NCBI GenBank assembly: GCA_041601615.1
Contig: JBFIHX010000010.1
Span: forward strand, 21,112 to 85,111
DNA length: 64,000 nt
Source of the DNA: Thermoplasmatota archaeon
GTDB taxonomy: Archaea; Thermoplasmatota; E2; JACPAO01; JAHFTW01
Direction: 5' to 3'
A program made the position numbers and the translations under genes. Positions 1 to 9,665 of the stretch are shown one piece after another (positions within the stretch are counted from its first letter, which is position 1; every line of letters starts with the position of its first letter). The notes below the pieces were generated by a model that was given only the letters and a program-made list of their open reading frames with translations, did not search any database and had not been told where the DNA came from.

Positions 1-1143
1 CATGAGGCCGAGACCGCGGTGGTCGCCTACACTCTTGTGGGCTTCCTTGATTTCGTCGAGGTGGCGGCCCATGTGGTCGCCCATTTTGCGGCTGTTTTCC
101 ACGAGGCCTTCCTGTTCGATGACGTCAATGGTGGCAAGCGAGCTTGCGCAGGCCAAGAGGTTGCCGCCGTAGGTGTTGCTGTGGCTGCCCTTGGTTTCAA
201 AGTCCAGGTCCTCGCGGATGACCGTGGCGCCGATGGGGAGGCCGCTGCCCATCGCTTTGGCGATGGTCATAATGTCGGCCTTGATGCCGTAGTGCTCGGT
301 GCCGAACATTTTGCCCGTGCGCCCGAAGCCGGTTTGCACTTCGTCGGCCACCAAGAGAATGCCGTGCTCGTCGCAGAGCGACCGGAGGGCCTTGGGAAAC
401 ATCTTCGGAGGCACGATGTAGCCGCCTTCTCCTTGCACCGGCTCCCAAAACAGTGCAGCGACTTCGTCGGGCGGCAGGTTCCAAGTGAAGGTCTGTTCGA
501 TGAAGTCGATGCAGCGGTTCGTCAGTTCCTGCGGCTCTTCGTAGCCGTCGATGCCCCAGGTGTTGCGGAAGGGATTGGCAAACGGAACGTGCGTCACGCC
601 GGGCATGGTCGGGAAGTAGCCGCGCTTTTGCACTGGTTTGCTGGCAGTGAGGCTGACGGCACCCATGGTGCGACCGTGGAAGGCGCCCTGGAACGCAAGG
701 AATTGGTGTCGGCCACTGGCTTGCTTGCTGATTTTGATGGCTGCTTCAATGGCTTCTGCGCCGCTGTTGGCGTAGAACATCTTGCGGTTGCGGCCCGGAA
801 TCGGCACCATCTTCGTGATGCGCTCGGCAAGGCTCACCTGGGCATCGTAGTAGAAGTCGGTGCCCGCAAAGTGCATGAGGTGGGCTGCTTGGTCTTGGAC
901 CGCTTTGACGACCGTGGGGTGGCTGTGGCCGGTGTTCATGACGCCGATGCCGGCGGCAAAGTCCAGGAATACGTTGCCATCCACGTCTTCCACGACGACA
1001 CCCTTGCCGCGCTTGGCGACCACGGGAGCCGTCTTCGTGGTCGTCACGAGGGCGCGGTCGTCACGGCGGACGATTTTCTTGGCCTCAGGGCCTGGAATGC
1101 TGGTCTTGATGCGAGGCTTTGCCTCGGTTCCACGGATCGCCAT
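1..1143 (-). CDS. Class III PLP aminotransferase (4-aminobutyrate/acetylornithine aminotransferase family); 3' end runs off the window
   Basis: Not in the ORF track; translated by hand from ATG at 1143: MAIRGTEAKPRIKTSIPGPEAKKIV...GKGVVVEDVDGNVFLDFAAGIGVMNTGHSHPTVVKAVQDQ, a typical class III N-terminus. GGAGG SD upstream. Confidence 0.9.
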   Translation of the reverse strand, partial: MAIRGTEAKPRIKTSIPGPEAKKIVRRDDRALVTTTKTAPVVAKRGKGVVVEDVDGNVFLDFAAGIGVMNTGHSHPTVVKAVQDQAAHLMHFAGTDFYYDAQVSLAERITKMVPIPGRNRKMFYANSGAEAIEAAIKISKQASGRHQFLAFQGAFHGRTMGAVSLTASKPVQKRGYFPTMPGVTHVPFANPFRNTWGIDGYEEPQELTNRCIDFIEQTFTWNLPPDEVAALFWEPVQGEGGYIVPPKMFPKALRSLCDEHGILLVADEVQTGFGRTGKMFGTEHYGIKADIMTIAKAMGSGLPIGATVIREDLDFETKGSHSNTYGGNLLACASSLATIDVIEQEGLVENSRKMGDHMGRHLDEIKEAHKSVGDHRGLGLM

Positions 1144-1450
1144 GTTTGTTTCCTCCGAAATTCGTAGATGCTACTCATAGGGGTTGTGCATAGCCCTGTC
1201 GGTCCCGGCCAGGGGGTTTTCGTTGCGGATACCGCAGCGTTCATATGTCTGCCCAAGTGGGCCCGACGCCCAAGTTAGGTGCGCGCTCGAAATCCGATTC
1301 GTTCAAGGTTGGCAAAAAGCCCCGCATCCCGCAACTCGCGCAAACTTCGCCCCATGTTTTCTGGCCGGAGCGGGCACAGCAGGCACTCGGGTTCGGACTG
1401 GCAGCAGGCGGCGACTCGCAATTCCGGCGTCTCGATGGGGTCGCCTTGCA

Positions 1451-1606
1451 CTACAGCAGCCCTTCTCTGAGGATATCCTTGAGGCTGCGGTTGGCATTTT
1501 TGGCCTTGAAGGGGCAGTTGGCGCACTGGACTTCGGAATCGCAGCACGCTTGCAGCCGCCGAACCTCGTCGCCTGTGCGGGGGGCGCGCCCAAGCCATCG
1601 ATTCAT
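1451..1606 (-). CDS. Putative 51-aa Cys-rich small protein
   Basis: Hand translation MNRWLGRAPRTGDEVRRLQACCDSEVQCANCPFKAKNANRSLKDILREGLL; CC-x5-CxxC; directly downstream of the Lrp gene on the same strand. Confidence 0.5.
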   Translation of the reverse strand: MNRWLGRAPRTGDEVRRLQACCDSEVQCANCPFKAKNANRSLKDILREGLL

Positions 1607-1630
1607 GCGCGCATCCTACCGGCGGTCATG

Positions 1631-2041
1631 CTAGCCGTATTCCTTGAGAATGAGGCGGCTGCGCGTGGCGCGGGTGCCGGGAATCTCACGGATGCGGTCG
1701 ATGATTTCGTTGAGTTTGCCCGGCGTCTGGCAATCGGCTACCACGACAATGTCATCGTCGCCGGTCAGTTCCCAGAGCGCCTCGATGCCCTCCCATTGGC
1801 CAATTTGCTCGGCGATGTTGCTCGTGTGCACGTTGCTTTCGACGCGGACTTCGATGAGCGCCTTCACAGCCTGGCCGGCGGTGCGGACGGTGAATTTGGA
1901 AATGACGCCATCGTCGACCATGCGCTTGACACGGGCGCGGACGGTCCCTTCGCTGGTGCCGACCGCTTTTGCGAGGTTCGTGAACGATTCGCGGGCGTTC
2001 TGGCGCAGCAGACGCAACAGGTGGCGGTCGACGTCGTCCAT
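1631..2041 (-). CDS. Lrp/AsnC family transcriptional regulator
   Basis: MDDVDRHLLRLLRQNARESFTNLAKAVGTSEGTVRARVKRMVDDGVI HTH followed by a RAM domain (ELTGDDD). Confidence 0.92.
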   Translation of the reverse strand: MDDVDRHLLRLLRQNARESFTNLAKAVGTSEGTVRARVKRMVDDGVISKFTVRTAGQAVKALIEVRVESNVHTSNIAEQIGQWEGIEALWELTGDDDIVVVADCQTPGKLNEIIDRIREIPGTRATRSRLILKEYG

Positions 2042-2137
2042 GGAGGGTCGTTCCACGGGCCAAACCTTGATGACGCTTGTGGGGTGTGCCGTGAAGTTGG
2101 CACAGAACCTTTGAATCGAACCGAGGTCGCCGCGCCC

Positions 2138-3628
2138 ATGCACAAGACACTCATGATGGTCGCCCTCCTGGCCACCACCGTTCTTGCCGGCTGCCTCAGC
2201 GGCGACGGCAACGAGCCAAACAATCCCATCACCGAATGCACCCCGGGCACCATGGACAAGGATGGCGTGGTGCTCGCCTTGCCCACGGACGACATCATCC
2301 CCGTGGACCGCGACGTGTGGGACTTCTCCGCCACCAACTACCGCACGTGCAGCCTCGAAAAAGTAGGCCACACGGCACTACGCTTTGACGCCGACGGCAC
2401 CCCGAACCCCCACCGCTACATCGGCGAGATCGACATGAAGGCCGACTTGAATCTCGGCGCCGTAGCAGTACTTGGAAACGGCGAAGCGGCCGCCGTGTAC
2501 CTCCTCGACATCAGCGACCGCGCCAACCCCACGGTGCTTTCGCGCATCGACCAGCAAAACGTCTACATCACCGACGTAAAACTGAGCACCGACGGCGCCT
2601 TCCTCTTCACCGCCAGCCAAACCATCCCGACCAGCCCCGAACCCGACACGGATCTCGAAGTCAACACCCCCGTCGGTTTCTCCGCCTACAACATCCGCGA
2701 CCCCTCCAATCCCGTATGGGTCAACACCTTCGTACAACCCCAAGGCATCGGCTGCCACATGCTCGCCTACCAAATGATTCAGGGCGTTGACGTGGTGGTC
2801 TGCATCGGCCAAACCGTGCGCATCTTCGGCCTCGACCGCATCCCCACAGGCGGCCTCATCACCCGTGGCTTCGTCGACTACCTACCCGAGGGCGCCATGG
2901 GCATCCCCACCTTGCCCTACAACAACCTCGTAGGCAACCCCGGCGGCCTCCTGCCCGAATACCCGCACGACGCAAGCTTTGCCACCGACCCCACCACGGG
3001 CCAAGTGCTGCTCGCCGTCGCACACTGGAGCACCGGTGTTCGCCTCGTAGACCTCAGCGACGCACCCATGGCCACCGAACTCGGCTCCTGGCAAGGGGAA
3101 GGCGCCACGCACTACAACGGCGACATCCACTCCGCGCAAGTAGTCTACGCCGACGGCAAACGCTACATCATCGCCAGCCCCGAAATCCGCGGCGGCGAAT
3201 TCGTCCCCAGCATCTGGATCCTCGACGCCACCGACCCCGCCGACATGCACCTCGTCGCCGAATGGTACCACCCCTGCGAATGCAAAACCCCCGGCCTCCT
3301 CATGACCACGCACCAATGGCAAGTCGCCCCACAAGGCCTCGACGTGTCCTCCATGGACGTGCGCATCTACTTGACCATGAACCACGCCGGCATCTGGGTA
3401 CTGAACCTCGGATCCATTCTGGCAGGAGACAACGCGGGCGCCGTCGAAGGCTTCCACATGAGCCGCGCCGCCCTCTCCGAAGACTCCTACCCCTTTGCTG
3501 CCACCTACAGCACCTGGGACGTCAACGTCATCGACGGGTACATCTACGGCAGCGACCGCGCCACCGGCCTCTGGGTGTTCGATTTTGACGGCGACGAGAA
3601 TGTTCCCGCTACGACCGGATACGCATAA
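2138..3628 (+). CDS. Lipoprotein with LVIVD-type beta-propeller repeats
   Basis: Signal peptide with LAGC lipobox; repeats YLLDISDRANP, AYNIRDPSNP, VRLVDLSD, WILDATDPAD; IYGSDRATGLWV. Confidence 0.8.
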   Translation: MHKTLMMVALLATTVLAGCLSGDGNEPNNPITECTPGTMDKDGVVLALPTDDIIPVDRDVWDFSATNYRTCSLEKVGHTALRFDADGTPNPHRYIGEIDMKADLNLGAVAVLGNGEAAAVYLLDISDRANPTVLSRIDQQNVYITDVKLSTDGAFLFTASQTIPTSPEPDTDLEVNTPVGFSAYNIRDPSNPVWVNTFVQPQGIGCHMLAYQMIQGVDVVVCIGQTVRIFGLDRIPTGGLITRGFVDYLPEGAMGIPTLPYNNLVGNPGGLLPEYPHDASFATDPTTGQVLLAVAHWSTGVRLVDLSDAPMATELGSWQGEGATHYNGDIHSAQVVYADGKRYIIASPEIRGGEFVPSIWILDATDPADMHLVAEWYHPCECKTPGLLMTTHQWQVAPQGLDVSSMDVRIYLTMNHAGIWVLNLGSILAGDNAGAVEGFHMSRAALSEDSYPFAATYSTWDVNVIDGYIYGSDRATGLWVFDFDGDENVPATTGYA

Positions 3629-3711
3629 TCCCCGCACAGATTGGACACGTTGAGCAACTGTTCGAACATCGTCCAGCTTCCTTTATCCCCTTCACCCAGT
3701 TCATTCCCTGC

Positions 3712-5619
3712 ATGCGACGAACGTCGGCCGCCTTTCTTGCGGTCCTCCTCTGCTCCGGTCTAGCCTTTGTACCGCCCACCGCCGCCCAGCCCCAAAGCGT
3801 CTGGACCGTCTTTACCACCGTCCAAGCCGAAGTCCATGACAACTACGCCATCGTAGACGTCATCGCCGACATTGGCAACCGCGGCCCCGACCCCGAATTT
3901 CCCTTCCAAGTTCTGATTCCCGATGGCGGCTTCGTCACCGGCCTCAAGGTCGAACGCGACGGCCAAGTATGGATCGCCGACGTGAAGGAAAAGGAAACGG
4001 CGCGCACAGAATACGAAGACGAAAAGGCCAAGGAACACACCGCCGCCCTCGTCGAAAAGCGCCGCGGCACCCAGCTCTTTGCCTTCCTCGTCAACGTTGC
4101 CGAATTCCAAAACGTCCGCGCCACCCTGCGCTACGAAGTACTGCTCGCCGCTGACCAAGACATCTACAACCTACCCCTAGAAGCCCCCGTCAGCGGCTTC
4201 GGACAAGACCTCGGCGCCGCATTCCACGTCCGCATCAACCACTTGGACGGCGTCACCGTTGCCTGGAGCGACGAATCCAGTGGCTTCCGGCAACAAGGCT
4301 CCACCTGGATCTTGGACCACAGCGTAGGCGCACGGCCCGACGACCGCAGCACACCCCTCAACGTCCACTACAGCCTCCCACCCACCCCCGACGGAGGCAG
4401 TCTCGTGGTCAGTGGCGACTCCGTAGGCGGCGTCTTTGCGCATCGCTTTCGCGCCCCACCCGACGAAACCCGCCTGCCCCTAGACCTCGTCATGGTCCTC
4501 GACACCAGCGGCAGCATGAGCGGCCAAAAAATCGCCCAACTACGCGACGCCGCCGGCCAAGTCGTCGCCCGACTCACCAGCAACGACCGCATCGCACTCG
4601 TCCCCTTCGACAGCCAAGCCGACACCTCCTGGGGTGGCCTGCGCGCGGCTGACACCGTCAACCGGACCGCCGCCGTAGACGAAGTGACCTCCATCTTTGC
4701 CGGCGGAGGCACCAACATCGAAGACGGATTACGCCAAGGCTGGAACGCACTCGGCGAAGCCGACCCCGAACGCAGCCGCATCATCGTCTTCTTGACCGAC
4801 GGCCTTGCAAGCGTTGGAAAAACCGACCGCGAAGGCCTCCTTACCCAAGCACGCAGCTACGACGACAGCGTCCGCCTCTTCGGACTCGCATTCGGAGAAG
4901 GCGCAGACTGGCAACTCGTCTCCGCCCTCGCCAAACAACACGGCGGCAGCGCCCTGCTTGTCCCCAGCGGCACCGGCGCCGAAGTGGACATCCGCGCCTT
5001 CATGGCCGCCCTCACAACACCCGTACTCGAAGACGTCCACGCAGCCTACGAAGGCAACGTCGTCGCATTCGAAACCGGCGCCCCCATCCTGTTTGCCGGC
5101 TCCGAATTGCTCATCATCGGCACCTACGCCGGCATGGACTCCCTCACAGGCACCGTCACCGGCCGCAGCGCCGAAGGCCCCCGCAGCTACGAATTTGCGG
5201 CTCCCGTGCCGAGCGAACAAAGCCCCTGGCTGCCCCGACTCGTAGCCGCCGCGACCATTCGCCACTACGAGGACTTGATCCACGCCGAGGGCGAACGCAC
5301 CGAATGGAGCAACGCCATCAAGGGCCTCGCGCTCGAATACGGCTTCGTCACGGACTACACCAGCCTCGTACTGCGCACCGAAGTGGACGACCCGGAATCG
5401 GGCAGCGTCGGGCAACCGATGCAGCTTTCCGACTCCCGCTCCGGAGGATTCCCCGTACTGCCCGAGACACCCTCGACGCCACCCATGGCCCCTGCCACAC
5501 CCAGCGGTCCCGGCAACAACGCACTCCCCACCGGACAAGACGACACCAGCACCCCCAGCCCCCTCTGGGCGCTGCTCGTCGCCCTCGGCGTCGCCCTCGT
5601 CGTCGCCCGCCGCCGCTAG
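3712..5619 (+). CDS. Secreted VIT + VWA domain protein (inter-alpha-trypsin inhibitor-like) with PGF-CTERM-like anchor
   Basis: Signal peptide; MIDAS DTSGSM, GGTNI, FLTDG; YGFVTDYTS; C-terminal TPSP-hydrophobic-RRR. Confidence 0.85.
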   Translation: MRRTSAAFLAVLLCSGLAFVPPTAAQPQSVWTVFTTVQAEVHDNYAIVDVIADIGNRGPDPEFPFQVLIPDGGFVTGLKVERDGQVWIADVKEKETARTEYEDEKAKEHTAALVEKRRGTQLFAFLVNVAEFQNVRATLRYEVLLAADQDIYNLPLEAPVSGFGQDLGAAFHVRINHLDGVTVAWSDESSGFRQQGSTWILDHSVGARPDDRSTPLNVHYSLPPTPDGGSLVVSGDSVGGVFAHRFRAPPDETRLPLDLVMVLDTSGSMSGQKIAQLRDAAGQVVARLTSNDRIALVPFDSQADTSWGGLRAADTVNRTAAVDEVTSIFAGGGTNIEDGLRQGWNALGEADPERSRIIVFLTDGLASVGKTDREGLLTQARSYDDSVRLFGLAFGEGADWQLVSALAKQHGGSALLVPSGTGAEVDIRAFMAALTTPVLEDVHAAYEGNVVAFETGAPILFAGSELLIIGTYAGMDSLTGTVTGRSAEGPRSYEFAAPVPSEQSPWLPRLVAAATIRHYEDLIHAEGERTEWSNAIKGLALEYGFVTDYTSLVLRTEVDDPESGSVGQPMQLSDSRSGGFPVLPETPSTPPMAPATPSGPGNNALPTGQDDTSTPSPLWALLVALGVALVVARRR

Positions 5620-5773
5620 AAGCGCCGCCACCCGGCCCTCAGCGACGCGTCGCGCCCAGTCCCCCCCCCCTCCACCCCACTTCTTCCCGCTTTTGCCCGC
5701 TCCTCCCCTCTTCATCCACCTTCACCCACACCAATCCTTTTTCTGAGAGCCCAGTGTCGCGGGGGCCCAGCCG

Positions 5774-8335
5774 ATGTCCAAGCTTGTCATTGTCGAATCG
5801 CCGACCAAGATCAAGAAGCTCAAGCAGTACCTGCCCGCCGGCTTCGAGGTGGACTCCTGCGTAGGCCACATCCGTGACCTACCAAGCAGCAAGTCCGAGG
5901 TCCCCGCCGCAATCAAAGACAAGCCCTGGGCCGACTTCGCCGTGGACGTGGAGCACGACTTCCAGCCCCACTACATCACGATCCGAGGCAAAGGCAAAGT
6001 CATCACCGAACTCAAACGCAAGCTCAAGGACGCAACGGAACTACTCCTGGCAACGGATGAAGACCGCGAAGGCGAAAGCATCTCCTGGCACCTGATCGAG
6101 GCGCTGAAACCCAAGGTCCCCGTCAAGCGCATGGTCTTCAACGAGATCACCAAAAAAGCGGTCCTCGAAGCCCTCGAAAACACCCGCGAAATGGACATGG
6201 ACCTCGTCCAAGCCCAAGAAACGCGCCGCATCCTCGACCGCCTCTACGGCTACGCGCTGAGTCCCTTGCTTTGGAAGAAAGTCGGCGGCAACCTCTCCGC
6301 GGGCCGCGTGCAATCCGTCGCCGTCCGCCTCGTCGTACAACGCGAACGCGAACGCCGCGCCTTCGTCGCCGGCAGCTACTGGGACCTCACCGCCACCCTC
6401 CACAAAGACCGCGACTTCGAAGCCCGCCTCCACAGCGTCGAAGGCAAACGCATCGCCAGCGGCAAAGATTTCGACAAAGACACCGGCGCGATCATCGAAG
6501 GACGCGACGTGCTCCTGCTCGAAGAAGACGCCGCCCGCGCCCTCCAAGCCCGCCTCAAAGACGCCACCTGGACCGTCAGCGACGTCAAACAACGCCAAGG
6601 CAAAACCAGCCCCAACGCCCCCTTCATCACCAGCACCCTCCAACAAGAGGCAAGCAACCGCCTCAACCTTGGCGCCAAGCAATCGATGCAAATCGCCCAG
6701 CGCCTCTACCAAGAAGGGTTCATCACCTACATGCGTACGGACAGCACCCACCTGTCCGAAGAAGCCGTCAAAGGCGCCCGCGCCGCCGCCAGCACCGAAT
6801 TTGGCGCCCAGCACGTCGCCGACACCGCCCGCGACTACGCCAACAAGAGCAAAAACGCCCAGGAAGCCCACGAAGCCATCCGGCCCGCAGGCGAAGAATT
6901 CCAACACCCCGACCGCAGCGGCCTCGAAGGCAAAGACCGCGAACTGTACCGACTCATCTGGCAACGCACCCTCGCCAGCCAAATGCGCGACGAAGAATTC
7001 ACCAGCACCACCGCGCAGATCACCGCCGAAAACGCCCAATTCGTGGCAACCGGCAAGCGCGTAGACAGCCCTGGTTGGCGCCTCGCCTACCCCGCCAGCG
7101 GCGACCGCGACACCGAACTTCCGCAGCTTCGCGAAGGCGACCTACCGGACCTCAAGGAACTCGGCGCCGACGGCCACGAAACCAAGCCCCCGGCCCGGTT
7201 CACAGAAGCCAGCCTCGTCAAGGCCCTCGAAGAAGAGGGCATCGGCCGCCCGTCCACCTACGCCAGCATCATGGACACCATCCAGAACCGCGGCTACGTG
7301 GTCTTCAAGGGCAAAGCGCTCGTGCCCACCTTCACCGCCTTTGCCGTCACCGGCCTCCTGGAAAAGAACTTCCCGCGCCTCGTCGACCCCAAGTTCACTT
7401 CCGAAATGGAAGACACCCTCGACGCCATCAGCCGCGGCGAATCCGACTGGATCCCGTTCCTACGCACCTTCTTCTCCGGCGAAAACGGCCTCGAAGCCCA
7501 AATCGCCGAACGCATGGCGAGCATGGACCCCGAGCAAGCACGCATCATCGACCTTGGAGACATGCCCTTCATCGTCCGTATCGGCCGCTTCGGCCCCTAT
7601 GTAGACGTAGAACGCGACGGCGAACGCATCACCGCCAGCATCCCCGAAGCCGTCACCCCCGACGAACTCGACGAAGCGCTGCTTGAGCGCCTGATTCTGC
7701 AAAAACAGGAAGGCCCCAAGAGCCTCGGCGAAGACCCCGAAACCAAGAAACCGGTCTTCATCCTCGACGGACGCTTCGGGCCCTACTATCAACTCGGCGA
7801 ACCCGAAGGCAAAGCCAAACCGCCCCGCGCAAGCCTGCCCAAGGGCAAGAAAATCGACGACGCTAGCCTCGAAGAAGGCCTCTGGCTCCTGTCGCTGCCC
7901 AAGGAACTCGGCCCCCACCCCGACGGCGGCACGGTGCTCGCAGGCCTCGGCCGCTACGGCCCCTACATCATGCTTCAACCACCAGGCGAAGGCAAGGCGA
8001 CCTACGCAAACGTCCCCTCCGTCGACACCCTCAAAACCATCAGCCTCCCAGAAGCCGTGCAAGTGCTGGCCGAGAAAGCAGCAGGCGGCGGCGGACGCGG
8101 AGGCCGGGGCGCCGGACCCACCGTAATCAAAGAAATGGGCAACCACCCCGACGGCAAACCAATCCAGCTCCTGGCCGGACGCTACGGTCCCTACCTCAAA
8201 CACGAGAAAACCAACGCCAGCCTGCCCAAGGACATGGACCCAGACAGCGTCACCCTCGAAGCGGCCATCGAAATGATCGCCGACAAGAAGGCCAAAGGCG
8301 GCAAGAAACCAGCCACGCGCCGCAAGCGCTCCTAG
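5774..8335 (+). CDS. topA: DNA topoisomerase I (type IA, bacterial TopA architecture)
   Basis: LVIVESPTK, ATDEDREGE, SAGRVQS, ITYMRTD, AQEAHEAIRP, GIGRPSTY; C-terminal GR[FY]GPY repeats and Lys-rich tail. Confidence 0.96.
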   Translation: MSKLVIVESPTKIKKLKQYLPAGFEVDSCVGHIRDLPSSKSEVPAAIKDKPWADFAVDVEHDFQPHYITIRGKGKVITELKRKLKDATELLLATDEDREGESISWHLIEALKPKVPVKRMVFNEITKKAVLEALENTREMDMDLVQAQETRRILDRLYGYALSPLLWKKVGGNLSAGRVQSVAVRLVVQRERERRAFVAGSYWDLTATLHKDRDFEARLHSVEGKRIASGKDFDKDTGAIIEGRDVLLLEEDAARALQARLKDATWTVSDVKQRQGKTSPNAPFITSTLQQEASNRLNLGAKQSMQIAQRLYQEGFITYMRTDSTHLSEEAVKGARAAASTEFGAQHVADTARDYANKSKNAQEAHEAIRPAGEEFQHPDRSGLEGKDRELYRLIWQRTLASQMRDEEFTSTTAQITAENAQFVATGKRVDSPGWRLAYPASGDRDTELPQLREGDLPDLKELGADGHETKPPARFTEASLVKALEEEGIGRPSTYASIMDTIQNRGYVVFKGKALVPTFTAFAVTGLLEKNFPRLVDPKFTSEMEDTLDAISRGESDWIPFLRTFFSGENGLEAQIAERMASMDPEQARIIDLGDMPFIVRIGRFGPYVDVERDGERITASIPEAVTPDELDEALLERLILQKQEGPKSLGEDPETKKPVFILDGRFGPYYQLGEPEGKAKPPRASLPKGKKIDDASLEEGLWLLSLPKELGPHPDGGTVLAGLGRYGPYIMLQPPGEGKATYANVPSVDTLKTISLPEAVQVLAEKAAGGGGRGGRGAGPTVIKEMGNHPDGKPIQLLAGRYGPYLKHEKTNASLPKDMDPDSVTLEAAIEMIADKKAKGGKKPATRRKRS

Positions 8336-8405
8336 CCACGCGCACCGGCCCGATTCAAATCCCGGACCAATTGCATAAAGAGCATCCCAACGGTGGCGCA
8401 CTCGG

Positions 8406-9473
8406 TTGACTCTCAGCAAGCGAAAGCTCAGTCCCTGGTTCCTGTTTGCCCTCCTCCTCGTCGTCGGATGGGCCAGCTTGCGCATCGTCCGCGTTTTCCT
8501 GGACTACGCCCTCGTCGGCATCTTCCTTGCCTACCTCACCTACCCCGGCTACAAATGGATCCTCGCCCGCGTCAAACACAAACCGATCGCCAGCATGCTC
8601 ATGCTCATGGTGGTCGTCGCCAGCGTCGTCGTCCCCGGCTTCTTTCTTATCAGTGAACTCATCCGAGAAATCACCCAACTCACCGCCAGCCTCAGCGCCA
8701 CCAACCTCAGCGCCGCCCTCGACGACCTGCAACGCCAAATCAACACCCTCATCGGCGGCGACCCCGACAAAGTCGTCGGCGGCTACGACCTCGTCGCCAT
8801 CGCCGTCCCCGCCGTCAAATCCTTCCTCAGCAGCCTCGTCGCCGACCTCCCAAGCCAACTCGCCTTCGGCTTCATCGGCGTCTTTGTTCTCCTGTACATC
8901 ATGTACTACATCTACATCGACGGCGCCCGCCTCCTCCTCTTCATCCAAGAACTCCTGCCCATGCAAGAAGCCCACCGCGACCTCCTGTTTCACGAAACAG
9001 GCATCGTCGTCAAGGCCGTCATGTACGGACAAGTTCTCACCGCCATGATCCAAGCCGCCATCGCCGGCGTCGGCTACATCATCTTTGGTGTTCCCAGCGT
9101 AGTCCTTCTGAGCCTCGCCACCTTCGTCCTCGCACTCCTGCCCGTCGTCGGCCCGCCCCTCATCTGGGTCCCCGCCGCCGCATTCCTCCTCATCAAAGGC
9201 CAAACCTTCGCCGGCGTCGGCCTCATCATCTACAGCGCCATCCTCGTCAGCGGCCTCGACAACATCATCCGACCCAAATTGATTGGGAGTCGGGCCAGGG
9301 TTCACCCTGTGGTGGTACTCTTGGGGGTGCTTGGCGGCATCGTGATTTTTGGGATGAGCGGGTTGATTCTGGGTCCGCTCGTGCTGTCGATTTTCGTGAC
9401 TCTGCTCGAGGTTTACAGGAAGGAGTTCGCGAACAAGATGGACGACGAGGGTGGGTTTTGGGTTAGGCCGTAG
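8406..9473 (+). CDS. AI-2E family transporter
   Basis: Multi-TM; LPVVGPPLIWVP, DNIIRPKLIG, GLILGP motifs. Confidence 0.9.
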   Translation: MTLSKRKLSPWFLFALLLVVGWASLRIVRVFLDYALVGIFLAYLTYPGYKWILARVKHKPIASMLMLMVVVASVVVPGFFLISELIREITQLTASLSATNLSAALDDLQRQINTLIGGDPDKVVGGYDLVAIAVPAVKSFLSSLVADLPSQLAFGFIGVFVLLYIMYYIYIDGARLLLFIQELLPMQEAHRDLLFHETGIVVKAVMYGQVLTAMIQAAIAGVGYIIFGVPSVVLLSLATFVLALLPVVGPPLIWVPAAAFLLIKGQTFAGVGLIIYSAILVSGLDNIIRPKLIGSRARVHPVVVLLGVLGGIVIFGMSGLILGPLVLSIFVTLLEVYRKEFANKMDDEGGFWVRP

Positions 9474-9665
9474 GGGTTGGTGTTTGGGTTGGGGGCCATC
9501 CGAGCACAGGCCTTGCATGGAAGCGCGCCCAACAAAATCTAGGATTCAACGGAGGGCGTCTGTCAAGAGCCGACGGCAACTCGGGTTGACCGAGTTATTT
9601 AGCACTGCATTACATCAAATGACGAAATCGAAACTACAAAATCCCACTTGGCAGGGTGTGTTTCG

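Noticed and set aside
19-1167. 382-aa + strand ORF
   Set aside because: Antisense shadow of the minus-strand aminotransferase. The same applies to most long overlapping ORFs in this GC-rich window (e.g. 6041-7039, 8355-9518, 36708-38144, 47779-48876).
1184-2137. N-terminal 318 codons of the 814-aa ORF
   Set aside because: Overlaps the Lrp gene antisense; the real start is the lipoprotein signal at 2138.
5640-5745. Pyrimidine-rich tract (also the purine-rich tract at 51900-51960)
   Set aside because: Low-complexity intergenic sequence, probably terminator-like; no specific element can be supported.
8345-8370. GATTCAAATCCCGG resembling a tRNA T-arm or att site of tRNA-Gly
   Set aside because: No proper T-stem or cloverleaf, and it is in the opposite orientation to the tRNA, so it is not a direct-repeat att.
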